Assembly (NCBI GenBank): GCA_030167865.1 | Contig: JALAGF010004817.1 | Coordinates: 1-64,000, forward strand | Direction of reading: 5' to 3' | Origin: Craspedostauros australis | Taxonomy: Eukaryota | Length of the DNA stretch: 64,000 nucleotides | In this document: positions 1 through 12,394 of the stretch, one piece after another | Position numbering within the stretch: position 1 is the first letter of the stretch | How the letters are laid out: each line of letters opens with the position of its first letter | Notes under the pieces: model-generated | Databases searched by the model: none | What the model was told of the DNA's origin: nothing | The model's input: the letters and a program-made list of their open reading frames with translations, nothing else | Program-made: the position numbers and the translations under genes

Positions 1-1620
1 GCCGCACCAGGGTTTGCCAACGAAATTGTTAAGTACATGGCTCACAAAGTGCGTGCCAAAGTTCAATTCCAACAAATTGACTTCTATCAACACAATATCA
101 ATGACAATGAAAAACAAGCTTATGTGGTACTTGACCATAAGCAAAAAATTCTACCGACAGGCCAAGGCGAAGCCCAACAAGAATATTGGGGGAAGAAGGG
201 AATGTCACTGCTTGGGGCNATGGTCATCACNTGTCGCAATGACATTTTNACTTATCGGTTCATCGACATTGTGGTCGATGGAAGACCNACACAAGACACN
301 CTTCAAGTTGGTGGACTGCTGGAGATCGTGCAAAAAAAGGTCAAAGACATTTACCCATCCGTGACTGAAATCATCCTACAGAGCGATAACGCGTGTTGTT
401 TTGCCAGTCATGAGCACATCGCGCTCATCACATCCAAACTGAACAAGAACCTCAGGCGACGAAACGCGGCCAAAATCATTGCGTGGATCTACACGGAGGC
501 CCAAACTGGTAAGAGCATGCTGGACACCCACTTCGCGTACATCACACGTGTACTGCGAAAATACGTGCAAAGTGGCAAGGACATCAAGACCCCGTTCCAA
601 GTCTTCCTCGCGCTCCAAGCCGGCAGCATCGCGGGGACAACAACAGTACTAGTGGACGCGTCGGACCTTGAAGGCAACATCACCACGCTGCCTGGTGCAC
701 CAAAACGGCGATTCCGCGCAAGTGGACAACAGGTACGTCAGACTCACGAGGTGAAATACGACGATGACCAGGCACGACTGGTGGCCGCGTCTGGCATCAC
801 GGAAGACGTCGTGGTGAAAAGCGCCGAATGGGAAGGGTGGACCATCAACGAGCTGGGCGTCACCGAGAAAGAATCGCACACGTCCGAGAAGCTGCCGATC
901 ACGTCCGAATCATCCAGGAAGACGGACAAGACGCGAAAATTCGGGCGCACAGCGGCGGAGAGCAAGGCGCTGGCGTTCGGCAAAGCCATCGCAGACGGAC
1001 AACGACACCTGCCATCCGATCACACCACGGCGCTACAAGACCAGACCGCGGAAACAGAACACCCACCACTCGCAGTACAAGGCTGGGCGAGCAAAACAAC
1101 GCGCAAACCAGCGAAACTACCAGACTACATCGCGGACAAATTGAAGGACATCNNNNNNNNNNNNNNNNNNNNNNNNAAAAACAGACCATCCGAACACGAA
1201 GCACACGAGAAACTGATGAGCGACGAAAAAACAAAAACTGACTGGTACGTACAACTGCACGCAAATCCCATGCGCGTCAAAGCGTCGCTGTTTGCGGCGT
1301 ACAACGCCAAACAACGCAAAGAAAAGAAGGAGGCCGTTCTCAGCAAGATGGAAACCAGCACCAACACCAACCCAACAAGCAAAGCAACAGCAACAGCATC
1401 CACAGTCGTGGCGACCAACAATGAATCAGCTGGAACAGAGAAGGAACGAATCGAAGAGGAGTTGCAGAGAGAGGAAGAGGAATGGGAGAATCAGAGGTGG
1501 TGTGATGCTCACACANNNNNNNNNNNNNNNNNNNNNNNNNNNNNNNNNNNNNNNNNNNNNNNNNNNNNNNNNNNNNNNNNNNNNNNNNNNNNAACACGAG
1601 TTGTGGAGTTTTGCGGGTGA
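1..1620 (+). mobile_element. Sola3-like DDD DNA-transposon transposase, 5'-partial and interrupted by N gaps
   Basis: The frame is open from base 1. Motifs KYMAHKVR, VVLDHKQKILP..EAQQEYWGKKGMS, QD..QV, LQSDNACCF and YTEAQTGKSMLDTHFA follow the Sola3 pattern (D.AMK.LP..E.Q..WFGK.G / SDNAGCY / E.Q.GK..CD), giving three catalytic Asp. Element ends were not identified. Confidence 0.75.
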
Positions 1621-3518
1621 TGGGTCGTGATACGTAGGCTAATCTAGAGAGCATCCAAAAACCATCCAAACATCTGCTTACCATGCTATATCTCAATGAT
1701 ACAACGTTTACAATTAAATCTAATCATTTCATGCATACACCTGACTATCTTTGAATCAGAATATCGAAGTTAAATTGAAATAGAAGTTATTTTTTGTCAT
1801 GTTGGCCACCACACAGTTGTGCGGTGGAATCGACAAATTCTGGATGGCAACATGCTGCTCTCGCATCAGCCCCCATGATCATCATCCTCATCCTGATAAT
1901 TCAGTAAATTGCGCACCACAATGACTTGGTATACCCCCCATCTATCCAATCCATGAAGCTTGGCCACAGATACCCACATCTAATGGGCCAAAGTGTCCAC
2001 ACACTGAAAAAGAGCGATTTCAAAAAGCCATTTTCAATGCGGACGCGGTACGGATATGGATCCATGCCTCATCCATATGACCCTTTCATCCCCTCCACAT
2101 GACCCTCGTGCATCACCACACTCTCTGACGACAGGCTGATGCATTCAGAATGGTTTGGGCGTGGATGGTACCAATGGTACACCTCCATTTGGCAATGCCA
2201 ATTGTTTTTTTTGTGGCCCCACCAAGAGCAACAATTCCTTGGATAATCTTGGCCGCAGCCTCTCCCAGACAATATCCACGGCGCATACTTCGTGACGAGC
2301 ATCTTGAGCCGATGTCGTACGTATTCTCAATGGGTGGCTTGGCGATTGGACGACCTGTTGATAGCGCCGATCACAGCCAAATGCACGCGATGGGCGCGCC
2401 GCCACCCCCCAAAAACCTTCTGCTCTCCACCTTTTCGTCCGCGCGGACACCTTCGCGGGAGTCTCCGAGCCTCAAACTTCACGGAAACCTTGTAAATTCC
2501 TTCTTGTGTGTGTCTTGCTAATCCACAGGCGCTGGTGTGGCTTGTGTATTGCATACACAGGCCACATCCAATGAGCCGATCTGCCACCAAAATGTGTCCT
2601 TCGTTCGAGGGGCTGCCGCCGCCCCAAATCAGCCTCTATCGCAGCGCCCTCTCGCCCACCCACCAAGGGTTGCATCGCGGTGACGGCGATGTGCGTGGAT
2701 GTTGCATTGGACGGCTGGTTGGTGCGGCGCTGCGGATGCCGTTGGACGGCCATTGTGACGTTTTTTTGGTGTTCCACCATTGTCATCTTGTTGTGTCGAG
2801 TTTGGCGCTCTCAGCCAGTCGGGCATCCTGGGGTCTGAGGTAAATGTCAAAACATTGCAACGAACGTGCGAAAAATGCATGACACAAAACACTTCGAGAG
2901 TACCAACGCAACTCGACCGCTCTGTCAGGACGAAACGCAGCTGACGATGATTCGCATCGTCCTGTGATTGGTGTTTCATGACGTAGTGTCAAGCGTCGTG
3001 ACGTCGATGACGGATTAGACAAACATTGGGTAGAATAAATGTAAATGCGCTATGGCCGCTTCTCCCAAAACAGTACAACTAGCGCTATCGTGGACGGACT
3101 GTTGCATCGCCTCGTCGGAACACCTCAAAAAGAGACTAAACAATTCAAAATGGGAACAACCTCGCTGAAACAAAGAACAGCGAAGGGTTACATTGGATCG
3201 ATCTAGTCATTTATCTATGGCTGAAACGTAGAAGAGGTCAAAAAATGACCACGTTGATGGGTCCATAAAACTTAGAATAAAAACTATAGCAATATGGACT
3301 TTATTTTTTCGTCATACTGTGATGGCTGGTATTCTGAATTTGTGAGTGGTTATCCATATATCCAGAAAAAGTTGACATGCCTGATTACGGACTGCAGGTC
3401 GACTCACTCGAGGGGGTCATAGAGTCTCAGCCAAAACATCGGCACAAGCACGAGCACGAAGAAGCAACCAAAGAGCCAGACGACGAGCTACGGGTAATCA
3501 GAACGAAGACAAGTCGCA

Positions 3519-5051
3519 ATGCTGCAGTCCTTCTTCGGCCAATTCGCTGAAGATGCCCGAGAGGTCAGCTTCGAATTCGAGCTGCCGTTCGTCAACGATG
3601 GTGCCAACTACGCATTTACTGCGCCTTCATTGCAGTTTTGGTTCGCGCTGAGCGTATGTCTCCTGCTGCAAACGATTGTTGGTATCGTTTGCATGCTGGT
3701 TGCCTGGGTGCTCATCAAGAAGAATCGGCAAGAGAACCCCACGATGGCATTTGTGGCATGCTACGGACTGCTGTGCCCAGCAGCGCTGTACCTTCCCTTC
3801 GCGCTGTTGCCATTTCTCAACATCCCCAACACTGTCCTTGCGACGCCATTTGTGGGGCTTGCGATCTCGAATGCGCTTCATTTCTTGGAAAGTAAGTTGA
3901 GTTGGACCATGCTCTCATTTGCTCCGCTCTGCTTTGTGATTTCAATGCAATGTGACAGTACCGCGTTCTACGAGTGCTTGGCAACTAACAATTCATCAAT
4001 CTATGAGCACGACTGACGAACTCCGCTTTCCGACCCGCACCTCCCGCCATCCTACCAAACGCACGAGTAGTCCTTTACGACACATCACCGCCGTTTGCGG
4101 AGAAGACCATCTCCAACTTTTTGCTGTACCACGCATCACCAGTAATGTTGCGTTTCCACCCGAAAACGCAAGAGGTCACCAAGGCAACTACGGACGAAAT
4201 GCGCCACAAGCTTCAGGTGTCATTGTTCAGTTTCTGCTCCACTGTTGTGCTGCTGAACGTCCTTCTCATCACATCCTACGAGCCCTTCGGCCATCACGAA
4301 TTGACCTCCGTCGCTGATTACTTCAACTGGCGACACTTGGGCAACAACATGGCAAACGCATACCTCATCGGCACCAATCTCGAGACGGGGACCCTGATCT
4401 TCGGCGTCATCATTTCGTTCATTACGGGGTACTCCACCATCTACCTCAACGACTCACCGTTCACGAAATCGACCAGCGTGGCCGACTTCTGGGGTCGCAG
4501 ATGGAACATCCAGATTGGTGGCCTGTTGAAGGTGAGCTCCATCGTCTGTTTGCAACCAAATCGAAGTTCTATGCCCGTTGCTTTCCGCCTGCTCATGCAT
4601 GGTATGATACCAATCCTCACCCTTTCCTCATCATACCTTTTTCACTGTTCCCATCGAACAGAACTCGATCTTCAAGTCATGTGTGAAGAACGGCGTGTCC
4701 CGGCTCATCGCAGTCTTGCTCACCTTCGCCATGAGCGCCCTAATGCACGAATACGTCATCCAAGGTGGTAGCAGAGCACTTGTGAATCCCACCAGAATAG
4801 CTCACGATCCGGCGTTCGGACGTCAATCCGCGTTCTTTCTGTGGAATGGCATGATGATGGTGTTGGAGCGGTTGATCATGAGCAACACATCCATAAAGTC
4901 GGCATGGGATACGTCGATACCTGCTCCGATCAAAACGGTCTGCATCGTGATGACGTCTCTGCCAATATCGCGATGGTTCATGGACGACTTCATCGGGATG
5001 TACATCTTTGACGACTTCGTGGTGGCATTTCCCAAGATTCGAAAGCTGTAA
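3519..5051 (+). CDS. MBOAT_2 (wax-synthase-like) membrane-bound O-acyltransferase, copy 1; exons 3519-3891, 4071-4531, 4662-5051
   Basis: ADFWGRRWN motif, catalytic His in LMHEY, multiple TM segments. The GTAAGT..TAG and GTGAGC..CAG introns join the three ORFs in frame. Confidence 0.85.
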
Positions 5052-5559
5052 GCAGCATGCAGCGATTCAACTGCAGAGGCAGCGAATCTGTCAGAAACAA
5101 TGAGATCGATACGCAAGGCTATCTTTGAATGCTATGGTATATAGAATACCTACAACGGGGTGCAAGTACAACAATAACTACAATGTAGTATTCTATCATA
5201 GAACAGAGTAGAGCGTATGACAACAGGTCGTGTTGATTCCATCACAATTCGTGCGTCCTGGAGTCGAACGAGTCAAGGCACGTTTGACACACGCAAGCGC
5301 GCAAGCGCAGTGGACGAACACACACAACAGAACACGATCCCAACCAGCGGAACTTTCGAAACACACAAATGAGAACTTCAAATCAACAGGCAACAAGAGA
5401 GGAAGAAACGAAGGAACACAAGAAGAGGAACCGCATCGGAATGCTATCTGGCAGAGCGCTCCCTTGTAGCCACACTCAAATCCTGAAGAAGAAACAGCAT
5501 TCATTGCAGCCACCGCGAAAGCCACAAACAAACACACAGCCCGAGGATTTCGAAACACG

Positions 5560-7170
5560 ATGCTCCGCTCATTCTTCGGACGATTCGCTGAAGACGACCG
5601 AGAGATCAGCTTTGAATTCGAGCTGCCGTTCGTCGACCATGATGATGGCGCCAAGTATTCATACACCGCACCATCATTCGAATTCTGGATTGCGTTGGTG
5701 ATCTGCGTCGCGTTGCAGGCCGTCATCAGCATCCTCTTCATACTGGCCGCCTGGATGCTCATCAAGAAGAACCGAGAGAAGAATCCAACCCTGGCGTTTC
5801 TGGCATGCTACGGATTCCTTTGCCCAGCAGCGCTGTATCTTCCGTTCGCGCTGATACCGTTCTTGAACATACCGAACATGATCCTGGCGACGCCATTCAT
5901 TATCCTGGCCTTTGCAAACATGCTTCACTGTCTGGAGAGTAAGTCAAGTCCTCCGGCGTCGGCATTGGTTATTCATTCTATGACATTGTTATACTCGACA
6001 TGATGCCTGTGCATTGCCTGGAAACACAATGCCGCGCCATGCAAACCATCGATGCATGCTCTGACGATACCTCCCTCTGCACCTGCCTTCATCTCCGTTG
6101 CGACACCTTCCCATCATCCTGCCACAGTCCTTTACGACACATCGCCACCATTCGCGGAAAGGGATGTCTTCAACTTCCTGCTGTACCACGCATCGCCGGT
6201 GATGCTGCGCTTCCATCCCAAAACGCAGGAGGTTATCAAGGCAACGACCGAAGAGATGCGGCACAAGATCCTACTTGCGGCCTTCACTTTCTGCGGCACC
6301 ATCGTGTTGCAGAACGTTCTCCTCGTCACACATTACGAGCCATTCGGCCACCATGAGTTGGTCTCAGTTGCTGAGTACTTCAATTGGCGGCACCTGGGCA
6401 ACAACATGGCAAACGCGTACCTCGCTGGCACCAATTTGGAAACGGGAACGCTGATCTTCGGCGCCCTCATCTCGTTCGTTACAGGGTACTCCACCATCTA
6501 CCTCAACGACTCACCGTTCTCGAAGTCGACCAGCGTGGCGGACTTCTGGGGTCGCAGATGGAACATTCAGATTGGCGGCCTGTTGAAGGTGAGTCTTTTC
6601 CTCTATGGAATATCATGGGAAAATCTGAGTGCCCCCATTACCTGTCGCCCATGGCTTTCCGCGCACTTCGCAGTGGGCACAATGCACTGTTGAGCCCGCC
6701 GCATCACTGCCGCCGTTGCTTCTGTCCACTCATCCACTCGTCCGCGCTGCCTTCTTTTCTCGAACCTTTTGCATTGATAGACCTCCGTCTTCAAATCATG
6801 CATGAAGAACGGCGTGTCCCGACTGGTCGCGATCTTCCTCACCTTCGTCATGAGTTCGGTACTGCATGAATACGCCATTCAAGGTGGCAGCATCACACCG
6901 CTCAATCCGACCAGATCTCCGCATGCTCCAGTGCTTGGACGGCAATCCGCTTTCTTCTTGTGGAACGGAATGATGATGGTATTGGAGCGGCTGATCATGA
7001 GCAACAAATTCATCAAATCAACATGGGATACATCGATACCCGCTCCGATCAAAACGCTATGTATCGTAATGACGTCGTTGCCGATATCCAAATGGTTCAT
7101 GGACGACTACATCGGGATGTACCTCTTTGACGATTTCATGGTTGCATTTCCCAAGATCCGGAAACTATGA
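5560..7170 (+). CDS. MBOAT_2 O-acyltransferase, copy 2; exons 5560-5938, 6128-6588, 6781-7170
   Basis: Tandem paralogue of copy 1 with FWGRRWN and VLHEY. Intron positions and phases are the same. Confidence 0.85.
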
Positions 7171-7417
7171 CGAATGTGCGTTGTGCGGTGTACGCGCATG
7201 CATGTCAAGCTGCGGCTGACCATAACTCCCAAGTAGTTCCCGAAAATGGCACGCTGCATACTCTATGAGGAGAGAGACAGCTCCGTACTCGCACCGTACC
7301 GCGTGGACATCGCTTGTTCAACTAAAAACTGGTTTGGGACTGTGCTAAAACAAGTTTGAGAGTCCTAATGATCCGATCGCAAGCTGCGGTTGCAGCATTC
7401 AGCGAGTCGAGTGTTGC

Positions 7418-10400
7418 TCAAAGCATGGTGCCGACCTCCAAATCGAATTCTGTACCCAAACTCTTCACCATGATGTAGTAGGTCGTCGACGCAGTCGCAT
7501 TCCAGACCACACGATGATGCGATCCGCATGACGCGCGGTCGTCCGATTCCAACGGCAAGCAACCCATCAGGTTTTCGCAATCAAAGGCGGAAAGACGTCG
7601 TCGACGATCACCTACTCCAACCACGCTTGCAGTGTTTCCGCCAGCAGTGGCGTCGATATTGTCGATCGCAGGACCAACGCTATCCTCATGGATCTGCACA
7701 GGACTATTTTGCTCTCCGGTGCCGGCACCCATGCTGATGTCGCCACCGTCTGTTGAGACCGGGTCGCTGGGATTGCTCGTATCACGACGAACGCCGTATT
7801 GATGAATTGAGATGGAGGTTGGAATTGACCCGGGGGTATCACATGTCGAGGCGTACATCAGCCCGCCCGTACTTTCAACCGTGTACCATACCCCGCCAGT
7901 GTCCCAAGCAGTGTCCATCTGAGAACACGAACTGTGTATTGCGGCACCTTCTGTCGTGCCTCGGATGCTTTTCCCGTGTCTGGTTCTGTTGAAGCCAAAT
8001 CCAACGGGATGGCTCGAGTACAGATATCGTTGTACGGAGAGATGCGAAAGTCCACCACGCCGTAGTCTTCGTCCAGAGCATGTCCAGATATTCTGATAAA
8101 GTACAAGGCACCTGCTTCCGGTGTCCAACGGATTGATTTTCCCCTGCTCTGCGCAACGCTGTTGAATTGACGGTTATGGCTCAAGAACACATCACTGCAG
8201 TTCATCTCCACCCCAATCGACGGCAGTGCGCTCAGATTCACTTCAGGTTCTGCCGAATGGGAAAGATCGCATGACAGCGAACTGCACTCGTCGCCTCGGT
8301 ACAGCGTCATCTGCGTGTTGAACTGCGTGTAGATGGAACAGGTGGATGCGATCAGATCCATCCCGTTTCCAACATGCACGAACCACAAATCACGGCCATT
8401 GGCGTGTGGCGTGGATGATGCTGACGGACACGCAGGGTAATCCACCACAGCGCCACTAGATCCCGGGCTCAAAAAGCTGCGAGTAGCGCTCCTTGTCGTT
8501 GCTGTTCTGTATTTACCATCCAAGGGGATGGGGCCAATCGCAGATTCGCAACTGTCATTGATGAGAGTGTCTTCCACAGTGAGCGTGAAGGTTGGTCGTA
8601 TTCTCGCCATGAGATTTGTCTGCTGGAGATCTCCGTCAATCGTGTCATCTGGCATGCCATCGGCTGTACCCTGGACCACCAGTTTCACGACGACGAAGTA
8701 TTCTTGGCCGAATTCAGTCGTCCAGGCGGTCGACATGTGATCGTCGCAAGGCGTGTTGAGCAAGGATTCTGCGATGCTCGATGCGGTGGGCGTAGTGCCG
8801 GTTACTTGCCTGAGGCCGTCACAAGAGCTGCTCCTGTTGGTGTTGCTGTCAGCATGAATAGTGTCACCTGTGAAAATGTAGATCGCCGTTGATGCGGCTG
8901 TCATTTCCGACAGAATCGTTGATCCTGGGTTGCACGTCGAGGCAGTCAGCGATTGGCCGCTTCCCATGACGCTGTACCAGAACAGGTACTCATCGCCGCC
9001 ACTAGAGGCTGTGTCTTCTTTGATGCCGTCGCCACGGAAGATGGGAATGGCAGGCTCCGTCTCAGCAACGGTCTTCATGGCTGGATCCAATACCCCGATG
9101 ATGCTGGTTCCGTCTGCTGAAATCTTCTGGGCTGCTTGGCACATTTGGTTGATTGGAGAGCCAACTTCTTCCAGAGCTATTGTGAATATTGATGCATCCG
9201 CGATGCCTCGGTCCTCCGACATGTGGACTGGGATGACACGACGTTGGTTGCAATTCAGCAATCGAAAGTGGACGGACAGGGTTGTACGCAGGCCCCACAG
9301 CGCGAGCGAGATAGACACAGAGGATAAGTGAAACATCGTGTGATGAGGAGATTAGGGCAAGCACGAGAGGTATCCAGTGCTTGACACAATTCAAGAGAGT
9401 GCATCGAACATACAGTCGTCGCACTGATACGCGTAGAGCAAGACGAGTTATCGCGCTCACGCCATCATGGCAGGTAGATCACCCACCCTCCCAACATGCG
9501 TACGTACCAATGATTTTGTATTCAACACCTTTGTATGCATACCATTCCACGGCGTTGCATGCCCCATCATCGACATGTGCAACAGCACCATTCACAAGCA
9601 CGGAGCCGTCGTCGCTTGCGTCGATGCATCTCAGGTCATCGCACGATCCAGTCAAGACACTGACTTTAGCGTGCTGCAAGGCCATGTCCGCTCCGCATAA
9701 GTAAGCACGGAAGACTGCTCCTGTGCCGGTTGTATTGAACCACATCCCGCGGTACGTAAAGATGTCGCGGCCTCTGGTGTCGATGAGCACTTCATTCCCG
9801 CAGGAAGCAACGGGATCAACCTCCTCCGGGAGGAGCGACCATATTGCTCCCGATGCGGTCGATCCAAGGGACAAGCCGGTGGAGACGGCGCAAATCGATG
9901 GTCCTGGCCTCTGTTCGGTCTCGCTCACAACATAACCGTCCACGACGCGGAACGAAAAGTCTCCAACACTATTGTCAATGCCATGGACGAGGACATGGTA
10001 CGTGGTCCGAACGTCTGGGAACACGGCGACATATCTTTGCCGCCCATCGACGCATTCCAACTCGTCGCAAGCGCCGCCCTTGAACACTACGAGTTGTGGA
10101 ACGAAGCCGTCCGTGATGGGGTCTGCGATGAGAGAGTAAACACCGTCGTGTTCGGGCGAAGCATCCAGCGTCACTTGCAGCCATACACCTGGCGCGGTAA
10201 CCGTGGCACGTCCGCAAGTCTCGAACTCCGGAGGTTGGATGCTCGCGCCCTTGGTTGACGAAAGCATGACAGTCGAAGGCGAGACGATCACAGCGTCATC
10301 GCATTGGTAGTTTGTGGGCAGTTCGTTGAGTCCCATCGCGAAATCACCACGAGAGGACCGAAAGCCGTGAACGTAAATGTAATACGTTTCCTCGTCATCG

Positions 10401-12394
10401 CCAGCGCTCTCCTTCATGTTCATGACAAATGAGGTGCGGCTCTGGTCAGCGCAGCCAACTCCGCCTTGATCATTGCCAGCAACACACTGCAACCGATCGC
10501 ATCGATTACCCGCGAAGATGGAGATCTGGGTATCATAATTGGTTCCCTCCGGCACGGCGCCATCCAACGCGTCGGGCGCATCGCACAATGATGCCATGAA
10601 CCTTCGGAAAGTGGGAGCGCGCGTTCCGTTGGTGTGGGTGAAGGCGCTGCTCTGGAGTCGGTACCACACGCCGACACCATTCCTCGAGATCCCGTCGCAC
10701 GTGTTGACCGCATCGATAGTTGCGTCAACGGTGCTACCGAACAGGGACGTACCGAGGTGACTCTCATCGAGATCCAGAGCGCACCCGCAAACGTTGCTGT
10801 GTGTGCAGTCGTGGAATGAAGTTGGCAGCGATGATGTCGGTGCGAATGTCGGCAGTGGCGCTGGTGTCTCGGTTCCTCTTCCATCTTCTCCTCCGTTGTC
10901 TCCGTCACTGTTTGGAATGTCAGCCGAAGACGAGGAATCGGACGAGTCTGATAGGTGGATTCGTAGGCCTATCACGAAGGCAATGATGCCAGCAGCAAGG
11001 GACAAGAGTGCGAGACGGACTGACCACGAATTGAGACGACGGTTGTCGGACGACGGTGGATCTCGAGGCAGCTCATCTTTGAGCGAGGCTGAAGCATCCG
11101 CTTCTTTTTTCAGCTTCTTCTGGGCCTTCTTCTCCGCCTGCTTGCGGATCCGTGCATGGTCAGCCGAGCTGATTTGCGGATGAAGCCCGGTGCTGACGAT
11201 GATGCTCGCTGCATTGATGGGAACCGCCTGGGGCAAACGTCCCCCAGAATAAGATCTGTTCGTGTTCCGTGCGGTTGATGGCGAATTGCTTGCGGCGGGA
11301 ATGACAGCATGGTGCGTTCCGCTGTCGAGTGTGCCCATGCTGGTTTGATGGCTGCGACGTGAGTGATGATCGCTCCTACCGCCTTCGTGAAATGCGCCGA
11401 CACGAAGACGAGCCCTTTCGGAACGATCAACATCTGCGCCCCCAGGCTGCTTGGGATGCTCGGATGCCAAAGCCGAAAGGCCCATCTTGTATGGCTTATT
11501 GTTAGTTGGCTCGAGGTAGCGAGCGTAACAATCGTGGCACGGTGCCGAAAACGCGTCGGCTTGATTGGACAACTCTGTCGTTCGTGATTCTGCTGTCGTC
11601 GACGACGATGGTGACGATGATGTGGATGGCGCTGATAGCGTGGTCGACAATGGCGAAAAGGTTGACCGCAACGAAGCGTTTTCATGAACATCACGAGTGG
11701 AGTCGGCACTTGCGTTGTCACGATTATTCGCAAGAACCATCTTCCTGTACAAGTCGGTGGCTGCAGATGAAGCACTGCTGCCGCTGCCGTTGCTGCTGCG
11801 CGCGCCGATGCTCATGCCTTTGCTGGTTTCGCTTGCACTGTTTCTGCTTCTATCCCTGGCACCGCGGCTTCTTTCGTTGCCTCGGCCCTTCGGGGACCGG
11901 ATCGCAGTGTTGCCCGCAGTGGATCGCAACTTGGAGCGATCGTCGGAAGTCTTGGGCCTTCGCCTCGTGTATGATGGGCTGGCCGATGCGCTTCCGGAGC
12001 CTCCCTCGTCATGCAACGTCTGCTGTCTTGTTGCAATCGATGGCACCAGCAATCCAGCCTGATTAATGCGGCAGTGCATGGCTCCCTGTGGCGAATGATC
12101 AGCATCTGAACCTGTGGCCTGCTTGGGATGAGCGCCGCTTGGAAGTATCGTATCTGATACAGAAGCGTCCAGACACAAAGGCGACGACGACGACGAAAAC
12201 GAAGCCGTCGGAGAAGGAGCCGCAGAGACCTCACGAGCCACATCATCTTTGCTGCTCGTGGCTTGCGCACTTTGACAGACATCGCCATCTTCAATGTCAC
12301 GCGCTCGGGCTCTCGCCGATTTCTTCGCATTAGTTCCAGTACGACGGCTGTGCTTACGCCGCCTGTTGCCAGGGCCGTCGTTGTTATCGTCCAT
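7418..12394 (-). CDS. Single-pass membrane protein: disordered N-terminus, TM helix, PT linker, six Cys-containing extracellular repeats; intron 9228-9507; -1 frame change at about 7969-7975
   Basis: TM segment LALLSLAAGIIAFVIGL. Repeats follow N..C..A...GST..A....C...GVWY...S.C...TQ.....C..L.C.....YY..V.G...F. The GTACGT..CCCAG intron gives YKIIVHMSEDRG. The sixth repeat is split between ORFs 7858-9336 and 7418-8128. Confidence 0.75.

Noticed and set aside
1153-1592. N runs inside the transposase
   Set aside because: These are assembly gaps, so the frame across them and the true C-terminus cannot be trusted.
1620-3400. Possible right arm or TIR of the transposon (AT-rich, ending ...GATTACGGACTG near 3393)
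   Set aside because: The left end lies outside the window, so no TIR pair or TSD can be verified. The short ORFs here have no recognisable motif.
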